Assembly: GCA_021413885.1 (NCBI GenBank)
Contig: JAIOPM010000013.1
Location: 1-64,000 of the forward strand
From: Planctomycetota bacterium
Lineage (GTDB): Bacteria > Planctomycetota > UBA1135 > GCA-002686595
Length of the DNA: 64,000 bases
Direction: 5' to 3'
Part shown: piece after piece, positions 35,729 to 44,492 of the stretch
Layout: each line of letters opens with the position of its first letter
How positions within the stretch are numbered: position 1 is the stretch's first letter
Program-made: the position numbers and the translations under genes
Notes under the pieces: model-generated
The model's database searches: none
Seen by the model: the letters and a program-made list of their open reading frames with translations, nothing else
Told to the model about the DNA's origin: nothing

Positions 35729-37174
35729 ATGTTGCGCCTGCTCGCGGTCCTGGCGCTCGCTCTCGTCGTGGCGATCGCGTGGTGGGCGTGGCCGAGCGCG
35801 TCCTCTTCGTCCGCGGGACCGACGGCTGCGGCGCTCGACGAACGGAGAGAGCGCGATGCGTCGGTGCTCGTCGCGGTGCCCGATGCGAGCGGTCCGAGCG
35901 GCACGACGACCGCTCCGTCGCGTTCGACGCTCGGGCCCACGGCGATCGTTCGCCCCGCGACGCGCGTCGTCGGGCGCGTGGTCGCGGCCGACGGCCGCGG
36001 CGTCGCCGGCGTCAACTTGCTTGCGTGGTGGTCGGGCACCGAGCCGAGGCTCTCCGAACTCCCGCGCGCGCAGGCCGGCGAACACGAAGACCTGTTCGCC
36101 GCGACCAGCAACTCCGACGGCCGCTTCGAGTTGCTCGGTCTCGATCCGCGGCGCGACTACACGTTGACCGGCGGCGGCGCGGGCTGGATCGCGGTTGCGC
36201 CGCGCGCGGGGTGTCACGTCGACGGCGAAGGTTACGAGCTCGAAGTCGAGGCCTGGTACGCGCTGCGTCTCGCGCCTCGTCGCGCCGACGGCTCGCGTTA
36301 CGCGTCGCCGACCGGCGCGTCGAGTTGGCGCTTCGAGGTTCGCGATGCCGAAGGGCTCGCGACGGCGGCGATCCCGCGCAAGCTCGAGCTCGCGCTCGCC
36401 GGCCTCGAGCCGCGCGAGCAACGCGAGTTCGAAACCGTCTGGCTCCGGTCGAACTACGACCTGCACGAGATCGATCGCGTTTGGGTCCACGTCGGACTCC
36501 GCGATCTGACCGTCATCGATCTTCCGTACCTGCGGATCCCGCGTCTCGCCGTGCCGGTCGCGGAGCTCGAGGTCGCGACGTCCGCGGCCACGGGAGTCGG
36601 GTCGCTCACCATTCGTTTCGTCGCTCCCGCTTCGCAAGGCGCCGATCTTTCGATCACGCCGCTCGGAACGCTGCGCTTCTTCACCGCCGACGGCGAGCCG
36701 CTCTTCGCTCTGCCCTGCGGTCCGAACGTGGGCAATCCGATGCACTCCGACGGCTTGCCGGTGGGGGCGTACTTCGTGCGCTTCGAAGGGACGATCCCCG
36801 GCCTCTCCGTTCCGGTCGGCGACGGCGAGCGACTGCCCGTGCACATCGACCGCGACACACAGGAGTTGGAACTTCCGCTCCCGGAGTACGGTCGCATCGT
36901 CGCCGAGGTGCGCGACGAACTCGATCACGCGTACCGCGGCGAGTTGACGTTGCGGATCTCTCCGGACCGCGTGCGTTCCGTCGAAGTGTCCTTCGACCGC
37001 GCGCCCTACGTCCTCGAACTCGTTCCGTTCGGCGACTACGGCCTCGATGTCACGCACGCCGACCGCGATCTTCCGCCCGAGCGGCCGGACGAGCGTGGCC
37101 AGACGCGGCTCGAGCGCGCGATCGTCGGCGCCGGGCTCGACGCCAAGGTGATCTTGCGTCCGTGGAGCCCCTGA
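35729..37174 (+). CDS. Membrane-anchored/secreted hypothetical protein with a carboxypeptidase-regulatory-like domain
   Basis: N-terminal anchor MLRLLAVLALALVVAIAWWAW. The segment ..RVVGRVVAADGRGVAGVNL..SNSDGRFELLGLDPRRDYTL matches the CarboxypepD_reg pattern. Real start at ATG 35729 inside track ORF 35564-37174. Confidence 0.55.
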   Translation: MLRLLAVLALALVVAIAWWAWPSASSSSAGPTAAALDERRERDASVLVAVPDASGPSGTTTAPSRSTLGPTAIVRPATRVVGRVVAADGRGVAGVNLLAWWSGTEPRLSELPRAQAGEHEDLFAATSNSDGRFELLGLDPRRDYTLTGGGAGWIAVAPRAGCHVDGEGYELEVEAWYALRLAPRRADGSRYASPTGASSWRFEVRDAEGLATAAIPRKLELALAGLEPREQREFETVWLRSNYDLHEIDRVWVHVGLRDLTVIDLPYLRIPRLAVPVAELEVATSAATGVGSLTIRFVAPASQGADLSITPLGTLRFFTADGEPLFALPCGPNVGNPMHSDGLPVGAYFVRFEGTIPGLSVPVGDGERLPVHIDRDTQELELPLPEYGRIVAEVRDELDHAYRGELTLRISPDRVRSVEVSFDRAPYVLELVPFGDYGLDVTHADRDLPPERPDERGQTRLERAIVGAGLDAKVILRPWSP

Positions 37175-37205
37175 AGCCTCGACGCGCGCGCGTCCGTTCC
37201 GTTGA

Positions 37206-38519
37206 ATGGGCGTCATGACGCAGACCGAAACGAATCGAGCGAGGGGCGAGTCCGAGGATTTGCTCGCGTTCATCGACGCTTCGCCGTCGCCGTTTCATGC
37301 GTGCGCGGAAGTCGCGAAGCGACTGGTGGCGGTCGGCTTCGAAGAGTTGCGCGAGGACGCGTCGTGGCCGACGAAGCCCGGACGCTACTTCGTCGTGCGC
37401 GCGGGCTCGATCGCGGCGTGGGTCGTGCCGGCGAAGAGTGCGCCGCACACCGGAGCTCGGATCGTCGGCGCGCACACCGACAGTCCGAACCTGCGCGTCA
37501 AGCCGCGGCCCGACGGCGGCGCGGCGGGGTACCGTCAACTCGGCGTCGAGGTCTACGGCGGCGTGTTGCACAACTCGTGGCTCAACCGCGAGCTCGGGCT
37601 CTCCGGCCGCGCCGTCGTGAAGACGAAGAAGACCCGCGAGACGCGGCTCTTCGCGGTCGACAGGCCGTGCGCGGTCTTGCCGCAGCTCGCGATCCACCTC
37701 GATCGCTCGGTCAACGACGAAGGTCTGGTGCTCGACAAGCAAGCGCACATGACGCCGATCTGGGGCCTCGGTCGCGCGCGCGAGAACGAGTTCAAGGAGT
37801 TCCTCGCCGCCGAGCTGCGCGTCGCGCCCGATGCGATCGTCGCGTTCGACGCGATGCTGCACGACGTGCAACCTTCGCGCTTCGCCGGCGTCGACGACGA
37901 ATTCGTCGTCGCGCCGCGGCTCGACAACCTGAACTCGTGTTTTTGCGCGGTGCGCGGGCTCGTCACGCGTCTGGAGGAAGCGCGCGAACTCGAGCACGTC
38001 GCCGTCGTCTGCCTCTTCGATCACGAAGAAGTCGGCAGCACCAGTCATTGCGGCGCGGCGAGTCCGCTGCTCAAGGACGCGCTCGAACGGATCGTGCTCG
38101 GCCGCGGCGGCTCGCGCGAGGACTATCACCGCGCGATCGCGTCGTCGGTCTGCGTCTCCGCCGACATGGCGCACGCGATCCATCCGAACTACCGCGAGAA
38201 GTACGAGCCCGATCACGCGGTCGTCCTCAACGGCGGGCCGGCGATCAAGCTAAACGTCAACACGCGCTACGCGACCGATGCCGAAGGCGAAGCGCACTTC
38301 GTCGCGGCGTGCGAGCGCGCGGGCGTGCCGTTCCAACGCTACGTCCATCGTTCGAACCTCGCGTGCGGCACGACGATCGGTCCGGTGACCGCGGCGAACC
38401 TCGGCATCGTCACCGTCGACGTCGGCAATCCCGAACTGTCGATGCACTCGATCCGCGAGCTCGCCGGCGCGCACGATGCCGCGCACCTGATCCGCGCGCT
38501 CGGCGCGTTCTTCGACTGA
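37206..38519 (+). CDS. M18 family aminopeptidase (aspartyl aminopeptidase-like)
   Basis: 437 aa. ..FIDASPSPFHA.., ..GAHTDSPNL.., ..FDHEEVGS.., ..HPNY.. are M18 signatures. Confidence 0.8.
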   Translation: MGVMTQTETNRARGESEDLLAFIDASPSPFHACAEVAKRLVAVGFEELREDASWPTKPGRYFVVRAGSIAAWVVPAKSAPHTGARIVGAHTDSPNLRVKPRPDGGAAGYRQLGVEVYGGVLHNSWLNRELGLSGRAVVKTKKTRETRLFAVDRPCAVLPQLAIHLDRSVNDEGLVLDKQAHMTPIWGLGRARENEFKEFLAAELRVAPDAIVAFDAMLHDVQPSRFAGVDDEFVVAPRLDNLNSCFCAVRGLVTRLEEARELEHVAVVCLFDHEEVGSTSHCGAASPLLKDALERIVLGRGGSREDYHRAIASSVCVSADMAHAIHPNYREKYEPDHAVVLNGGPAIKLNVNTRYATDAEGEAHFVAACERAGVPFQRYVHRSNLACGTTIGPVTAANLGIVTVDVGNPELSMHSIRELAGAHDAAHLIRALGAFFD

Positions 38520-38541
38520 GAGCCGTGCACCGCCCGTCGCG

Positions 38542-40659
38542 ATGGAACCTCGAGCCCTGAGCGCGCAGTCCGAGATCGCCCAAGGCGTGATCCGCGGCGC
38601 GTTGGTCGGCGTGTTGTGCGCGGCGCTCGAAGGCGTGTTCCTCTCGCTCGCGAGCCGCGTGTGGTTCGCGCCGCGCGATTTCGCGCCGCAGCTCACGACC
38701 GCGATCTCGACCGGGGCGTTCGTCGGCGTGTACGCGCTCCTCGGCGCGGCGTGGGGGACGTTGGTCGGCGTCGCGGTGAGTCTCTCGCGGCGTTGGATCG
38801 CGGAGAGCGCGCGCACGCCATGCGTCGTCCTCGGTACGACGGCGTTGGTGCCGCTTGCGTTCGTCGCGCACTCGTTACTCGACGGCGTGCCGGAGAGCGT
38901 GCGCGTGCTCGCGCTCGCCTCGGTCGCGGGAGCGCTCGCCGTCGCGTTGCTCGGCGGAATCTTCTGGGAGCCCGCGCGCCCGCTCGCGACGCGTTGGCTC
39001 GGACCGTGGGGCGTGACGTTCGCGTGCGTCGGCGCGTGGTGGTTGACGTCGGTCGCGTGGCGCGGCCAGTTCGCGGTGTCGCGCATCGCGCTCACCGTCG
39101 GAGTCGTCGGCGCGGGCGCGTTGCTCGCGTTCCTGCTGCGCTCTCTCGCGTGGAATCGCTCCGCGTTCGGCGCGGTGCCGATCCTGTTGGTCGCCGTGGC
39201 GTCGATCGTGCTGTGCGGCGTGCTCGACGAGCCCGTGCCGCTGATCCGCGAGGAACGCCGACTCCAACGCTGCGGTCCCGGACAACCGAACGTGTTGTTG
39301 GTGACGCTCGACACGACGCGCGCCGATCACCTCACCGATTGGGGCTACACCCGCGACACGACGCCGACGCTCAGCGCGTTCGGCAAGGAAGCGTTGCGTT
39401 TCCAGAACGCGATCTCGGCTGCGGATCTGACGTTGCCGAGCCACGCCTCGCTCTTCACCGGCCTCTATCCGCCCGCTCACGGCGCAACGCCGGGTCCGAC
39501 GTCGGGCCACGGTCCGCCGTTGCGTCAGGAGTTCGTGACGCTCGCCGAGATCCTCTGCGACGCGGGCTTCACCACCTACGGCATCATCGCGAACAGCGGC
39601 TACCTCGGCACGTGGTACGGCTGCGACCAGGGCTTCGAGTACTACGACGATCGCAAACCCGTTCCACCGATCCCGGTGCCGCCGAACTCGATTCGCCAGC
39701 GGCTGGTCAAGGCGTTCGCACCGAGCAGTTGGGAGAACTGGTTCTCGAGTTCGTATCGCAAGGCGGACGAGATCGCGGACGAGATGTTGAAGACGATCGA
39801 TCGCTGCCATGAGACCGGCGAGCGTTGGTTCCTCTTCGCGAACTTCATGGATGCACACCCGCCGTACGATCCGCCGCCGCCGTACTGCGATCGCTACCCC
39901 GGACGCATCGAGGGGTATCGCTTCGACGAGTCCGCGGGTTTGCTCGAGCGCATCAACGGCGGCCAAGAGAGCCTCGACCCGAAGTTGTACGACCACTTGG
40001 TCAGCCTCTACGACGGCGGCCTCTCGTTCATGGATGCGGAGCTCGACCGCGTGTTCCGTCGCTTGAAGGAAAACGGCGATTGGGAGCGGACGATCGTGGT
40101 GATCACCGCGGACCACGGCGAGGCGTTCGGCGAGCACGGCACCCTCCGACACGGCGTCTCGGTCTTCGACGAGCAGATGCACGTCCCGCTGTACGTCAAG
40201 GTGCCGAAGCAGGAGGGCGGCCGGGTCGTCGAGACGCGCGTGTCGCTGGTCGACGTGCTGCCGTCGCTGCTCGAGATGTTGGACCTGCCGCCGCCGCCCG
40301 GCCTCCACGGCCGCTCGTTCCTGCGCATGGTGCCCGATCCGCAGCGCGTGGTGTTCGCCGAGAACACGCCGATCACGCGCATCTGGAAGATCGGCGCGCG
40401 CTACAAGGGCACCGAACGCGCGGCCTACGTCGGAGCCGAGAAGCTGCGGCTCGGCGCCGAAGGGAATTTCGAGTCGTACGATCTCGGCCTCGATCCGAAG
40501 GAGCTCGCGCCGAGTCCGGCCCGCGACACGCCGGCGGCGGTGCGCATGGTGATCGAACTCGATCGCTACATCCGCGCGGTCGGTTTCGGGCGCCTCCTCT
40601 CGACGCCGGAAGTGCGCGGCGACGCGTTTCCGGAAGAGGGCCAGGGCTACACGCGCTGA
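38542..40659 (+). CDS. Membrane-anchored alkaline-phosphatase-superfamily 'sulfatase-like' hydrolase/transferase (paralog 1). The sulfatase Cys-x-Pro-x-Arg motif is replaced by Thr-Leu-Pro-Ser-His.
   Basis: About 250-aa N-terminal multi-TM region, then a sulfatase fold (..VLLVTLDTTRADHL..TPTLSAFGKEALRFQNAISAADLTLPSHASLFTG..ADHGEAFGEHG..). Confidence 0.7.
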   Translation: MEPRALSAQSEIAQGVIRGALVGVLCAALEGVFLSLASRVWFAPRDFAPQLTTAISTGAFVGVYALLGAAWGTLVGVAVSLSRRWIAESARTPCVVLGTTALVPLAFVAHSLLDGVPESVRVLALASVAGALAVALLGGIFWEPARPLATRWLGPWGVTFACVGAWWLTSVAWRGQFAVSRIALTVGVVGAGALLAFLLRSLAWNRSAFGAVPILLVAVASIVLCGVLDEPVPLIREERRLQRCGPGQPNVLLVTLDTTRADHLTDWGYTRDTTPTLSAFGKEALRFQNAISAADLTLPSHASLFTGLYPPAHGATPGPTSGHGPPLRQEFVTLAEILCDAGFTTYGIIANSGYLGTWYGCDQGFEYYDDRKPVPPIPVPPNSIRQRLVKAFAPSSWENWFSSSYRKADEIADEMLKTIDRCHETGERWFLFANFMDAHPPYDPPPPYCDRYPGRIEGYRFDESAGLLERINGGQESLDPKLYDHLVSLYDGGLSFMDAELDRVFRRLKENGDWERTIVVITADHGEAFGEHGTLRHGVSVFDEQMHVPLYVKVPKQEGGRVVETRVSLVDVLPSLLEMLDLPPPPGLHGRSFLRMVPDPQRVVFAENTPITRIWKIGARYKGTERAAYVGAEKLRLGAEGNFESYDLGLDPKELAPSPARDTPAAVRMVIELDRYIRAVGFGRLLSTPEVRGDAFPEEGQGYTR

Positions 40660-40684
40660 CGCCGCCCCGGCTAACATCGCCGCG

Positions 40685-41521
40685 ATGAGCGGTCGGTGGT
40701 CGGTGATCCGGAGCTGCGCCGTGCTCGAACGCCGCGAGCGTTCCTCGCGCCGTCGCTTGCACGCCGCGCGCGTGCGCGTCGGACGCGCGGCGCGCGCGAG
40801 CGGACCGCTCGACGAAAAGTTCGGCGCGCACGTCGACGTCACGCTCGTCGACGACGCCGAGCGACGGCTCGCGCATTGGCGTCGACGGCTCGACACGTCG
40901 CTCGAGCAGGATCGCGCCGACTACGCGATCGTCGGCGGACTCGGACGGTGGCTCGTCGTCGCGCGCGGGATGCTCGATCGCTTCGTCGTTCGCGAACGCG
41001 TGCGCTTCATCGAGCGCGAAATCGACGATCGCGAGTCCGAACTCGGCGCGCGTCTCGTCGAGCGCATGGACGGCGAACTGCTCGCGCGCGTTTCCGCCGC
41101 CGATGTCGAGGACGCACGCGGAGCGCTCTCCGATGCGGACGCCGCGGCGCAGGAACGCGACGCGTTGCTCGCGCCGTACCACGGCGATCCGTGGCCCGCG
41201 GGTCTGCGTGAGCTGCGTTCGTTCGGTCGCTTCTTGTGGCGCGAATTGAGACCGAAACTCATCCCGCGCGCGCCGGCGATCGTCGGACTGATCGCGGGTT
41301 GGTGGATCGCGCAGAGTTTTTCCGACTCGTGGTTCGACGACGCGAAGTCGCGCTTCGGCCTCGGCTCGAAGACGTCGGTGTCGACCGGCGCGTTGGAGAC
41401 GATCCGTTTCTGGGGGCCGCTGGTGGCCGCGGCGCTGTGCGCGTACCTCGGCGCGTTTCTTTCGAGCCGCGTGCACCGTCGCTATTCGGAGTCGACCGCG
41501 AAGTCCGACGCGAAGTCGTGA
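40685..41521 (+). CDS. Hypothetical protein with C-terminal TM helices, located between the two sulfatase-like paralogs
   Basis: ORF in the gap. The C-terminal half has reasonable composition and hydrophobic segments (..IVGLIAGWWIAQSF.., ..LVAAALCAYLGAFL..). The N-terminal 40 aa are Arg-rich, so the true start is probably internal. Confidence 0.4.
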   Translation: MSGRWSVIRSCAVLERRERSSRRRLHAARVRVGRAARASGPLDEKFGAHVDVTLVDDAERRLAHWRRRLDTSLEQDRADYAIVGGLGRWLVVARGMLDRFVVRERVRFIEREIDDRESELGARLVERMDGELLARVSAADVEDARGALSDADAAAQERDALLAPYHGDPWPAGLRELRSFGRFLWRELRPKLIPRAPAIVGLIAGWWIAQSFSDSWFDDAKSRFGLGSKTSVSTGALETIRFWGPLVAAALCAYLGAFLSSRVHRRYSESTAKSDAKS

Positions 41522-41570
41522 ACGAGCCGGCGCTGGCGTCCGCGCGAATCGACGCGCAACATGAACAGCG

Positions 41571-43637
41571 ATGGACGCCGCCGACGCGGATCGATCGAGC
41601 GCGAGCGCCGCTTGGACCGGAGCGCGCACGTGGGCGTTCTTCGGCGGGCTCGAGAGTTTGCTGTTCTCCGCGGGCTCGCGGCTCGCCGGCGATCCGGCCG
41701 AGTACACGCCGCAGAGCGCGTCGGCCGCGTGTGCGTCGATCCTGTCGTACGCGGCGGTCGGCGCCGTCGTCGCAGCGCTCGCGGCGCCGTTGACGCGCGG
41801 GCGCGCGCGCGGCGTCGAGTGGGCGAGCGTCGCGGCGCTCTCGCTCGCGGTCCTCGCGCGCGTGCTGACGACGTGGCCGTTGCAGGCGCTGGCGCTGCAG
41901 GTCGCCGCGGTGATCGCGCTCGCTCTCGTCGCGGTCTCGATCGCGTGCTGGTTGTCGGAGCGCGTCGCGCGGCAACTCGAATTCGGCCTCGCGCCGTGGA
42001 GCGCCTGTGTGTGGCTCGCCGTCGGGCCGTGGCTCGTCGGCGACGGGCTCGCCGACCAGACGCGCGAGGGCAAGCTCGTCGGCCTCGCGATTTTCGCCGT
42101 CGCGTGGTTGGTGATCACACGTCTCGGCGCCGATTCGTTCCGCAACCCGCGCGCGGCATCGGTCGGTTTTGTCGCGGTCGTCGTCGGCGGCGTGTGGGCG
42201 AGCGCGCGGATCGAGCAGCATGTGATCGTCGCGCCGCGTCCGGCCGTCGCCGCGCCGACGCATGCACCGCTGAACTGCGTGCTGATCACGCTCGACACCG
42301 TGCGTGCCGATCACCTCTCGCTCTACGGCTACGCGCGCGACACCACGCCGTTCCTGCGCCGCTTCGCCGAGCGCGCGTGGGTGTTCGACGACGCGATCGC
42401 GGCGTCGGATCTGACGCTGCCGAGCCACGCGACGTTGTTGACCGGCCTCGCGCCGCGCGTGCACGGCGCGCATCCCGATCGGCGCGCGCCGAGCGGACGA
42501 CCGCTCTCGCCCGCGATCGAGACGTTGGCCGAGAAGCTCGCGGCCGCGGGCTCGCATGCCGCCGCCGTCGTCGCGAACCGCGTGTACCTCGCGGAGAGTT
42601 TCGGCGTCAGCCAGGGCTTCGAGTTCTACGACCAACGCATGGCGTCGATGCGTTTCCCGAGCGCGCCCGACTGGAGTCTGCGCGGTCCGCTCTGGCGGTG
42701 GCTCGCGCGCGTGCGCCCCGAAGCCGACTTCGACCTCGTCTATCGCCGCGCGGAAGAAGTGAACGACGCGGCGTTCGGCCTGCTCGCGTCCGCGCGCGAT
42801 GCGAAGACCGGCTTCTTCCTCTTCGTCAACTACATGGACGCGCACGTGCCGTACTTTCCGCCCGCGCCGTTCGACGAACTTTGGCCGGGCAAGTTGCCGC
42901 GCTTCTCGAAGGAGGACTACTACGCGTTGCGCGACGCGGTCCATCGCGGCGAGCGTTCGATCTCGCCCGAGGAGAGCGCGCACTTGATTTCGCAGTACGA
43001 CGGCGGGATCGCGTACCTCGATGCAGAGCTCGAGCGGCTGGTCGCGAAACTCGAGGAGCTCGGCCTCTACGACGACACGCTGATCGTGATCACTGCCGAC
43101 CACGGCGAAGCGTTCGGCGAACGCGGCTTGCTCGAGCACGGCGTGTCCGTCCACCAGAACCAGGTCCACGTGCCGCTGATCGTGAAGCCGCCGCGGTCGA
43201 GCGAGGGGAGGCGCATCGCGCGCCGCGTCGGAGCGATCGACGTCGCGCCGACGATCGCGGGCGCTCTCGGCGTCGCGGTGCCGGCGGATTGGCCCGGGCG
43301 GTCGCTGCTCGACGACGCTGCGGACGAGCGCGAAGTCGTCGCCGAGAATTATCCGACCGCGTGGCTCGCCGCGCGCAATCCGCGGCTCGCCGAGGTGCAG
43401 CGCGCGATCTACCGCGGCGCGTTCAAGCTGATCGTCCACGAGAGCGGGACGCGCGAGCTCTTCGATCTGTCGAAGGATCCCGACGAGACGTCGCCGCTCG
43501 ACGCTTCGCACTCCGATCTCGTCCAGGCGCTCGACGCGTGGCTCGTGAAGTCGCAGCCGCGCATGCCCGACGGCGCGGGCGCCGGTGCGGGGGAGCGCGC
43601 GACCGCCGGCTTGCGCGAGCTCGGCTACGTCGAGTGA
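41571..43637 (+). CDS. Membrane-anchored alkaline-phosphatase-superfamily 'sulfatase-like' hydrolase/transferase (paralog 2), with the same Thr-Leu-Pro-Ser-His variant motif
   Basis: ..VLITLDTVRADHL.., ..DLTLPSHATLLTG.., ..ADHGEAFGERG.. Same architecture as 38542-40659. Confidence 0.7.
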   Translation: MDAADADRSSASAAWTGARTWAFFGGLESLLFSAGSRLAGDPAEYTPQSASAACASILSYAAVGAVVAALAAPLTRGRARGVEWASVAALSLAVLARVLTTWPLQALALQVAAVIALALVAVSIACWLSERVARQLEFGLAPWSACVWLAVGPWLVGDGLADQTREGKLVGLAIFAVAWLVITRLGADSFRNPRAASVGFVAVVVGGVWASARIEQHVIVAPRPAVAAPTHAPLNCVLITLDTVRADHLSLYGYARDTTPFLRRFAERAWVFDDAIAASDLTLPSHATLLTGLAPRVHGAHPDRRAPSGRPLSPAIETLAEKLAAAGSHAAAVVANRVYLAESFGVSQGFEFYDQRMASMRFPSAPDWSLRGPLWRWLARVRPEADFDLVYRRAEEVNDAAFGLLASARDAKTGFFLFVNYMDAHVPYFPPAPFDELWPGKLPRFSKEDYYALRDAVHRGERSISPEESAHLISQYDGGIAYLDAELERLVAKLEELGLYDDTLIVITADHGEAFGERGLLEHGVSVHQNQVHVPLIVKPPRSSEGRRIARRVGAIDVAPTIAGALGVAVPADWPGRSLLDDAADEREVVAENYPTAWLAARNPRLAEVQRAIYRGAFKLIVHESGTRELFDLSKDPDETSPLDASHSDLVQALDAWLVKSQPRMPDGAGAGAGERATAGLRELGYVE

Positions 43638-43644
43638 GCGCGCG

Positions 43645-44352
43645 TCAGTGTTGCGCCGACTGCTTCTCGGCGGACTTCTTCCGCTCGGCGGCGTCGGGGA
43701 AGAACTCGATCTCGCCGGTGTCGAGGTCGTAGCGCGCGCCGACGATCTCGAGTTCGTCCGACGCGACCTTCTCGGCGAGGATCGGCCCGGCGCCGCGCAG
43801 TTGTTCGACGACGCGGACGATGTTCGCGCGCACCGCGGTGTCCAACGGGTCCGGGCCGCGATCGAGCTTCGCCTCCGCGATCGCGGGCGAGAGTTGCGCG
43901 GCGATCGCACCGATGTGGCCGGGCAATTCGCCGCCGTCGAGCGCCGCCTTGACCGCGCCGCAGCGTTCGTGGCCCAGCACGATCACCAGGTTCGCGCCGA
44001 GGTGCTCGACCGCGTACTCGATGCTGCCGAGCGACGCGTCGTCGATCACGTTGCCCGCGACGCGCACGACGAAGAGGTCGCCGAGGCCTTGGTCGAAGAC
44101 GAGTTCCGGCGGAACGCGCGAGTCGGAGCATCCGACCACGACCGCGAACGGATGTTGGGCCTTCGCGAGCTCGTCGCGCCGTTCCTTGTCGAGGCGCGCG
44201 TGCTCGAAGCGACCGGTGACGAAGCGCCGGTTGCCTTGGACGAGTTCCCCGAGCGCGCCGCCGGCGTAACGGGCTTCGCTGAAGTGGGCGAGGACGGCGA
44301 GCGACGTCGCGACGACGGCGACGAACGAGGTGACGAAGACGCGGTGGCGCAT
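43645..44352 (-). CDS. Beta-class carbonic anhydrase, with a secretion signal
   Basis: ..VVVGCSDSRVPPE.., ..VLGHERCGAV.. are the beta-CA zinc-ligand motifs. N-terminal hydrophobic signal MRHRVFVTSFVAVVATSLAVLA. Confidence 0.8.
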   Translation of the reverse strand: MRHRVFVTSFVAVVATSLAVLAHFSEARYAGGALGELVQGNRRFVTGRFEHARLDKERRDELAKAQHPFAVVVGCSDSRVPPELVFDQGLGDLFVVRVAGNVIDDASLGSIEYAVEHLGANLVIVLGHERCGAVKAALDGGELPGHIGAIAAQLSPAIAEAKLDRGPDPLDTAVRANIVRVVEQLRGAGPILAEKVASDELEIVGARYDLDTGEIEFFPDAAERKKSAEKQSAQH

Positions 44353-44492
44353 GCGCGAGGCTCCTGGATCGGACGGAAGGACGAGCCTTCATCGGTATGG
44401 CGGTCGCGGTCGCGGAAGCGGCGGCCGATCGCCCTTCTCGAACGCGGGAAGCTCGGGGCGAGCCGCGCGGCTCGGTCGCTAGACTGTCGCGG

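Noticed and set aside
40373-43910. Two long minus-strand ORFs (641 aa and 883 aa) antisense to the sulfatase-like genes
   Set aside because: They are runs of Arg/Ala/Thr/Ser with no motifs, opposite frames that carry clear sulfatase-fold signatures.
44353-44492. Possible cobalamin riboswitch upstream of the BtuF-like gene
   Set aside because: The conserved B12-box and the characteristic paired elements are not visible by eye. Left as an open check rather than a feature.
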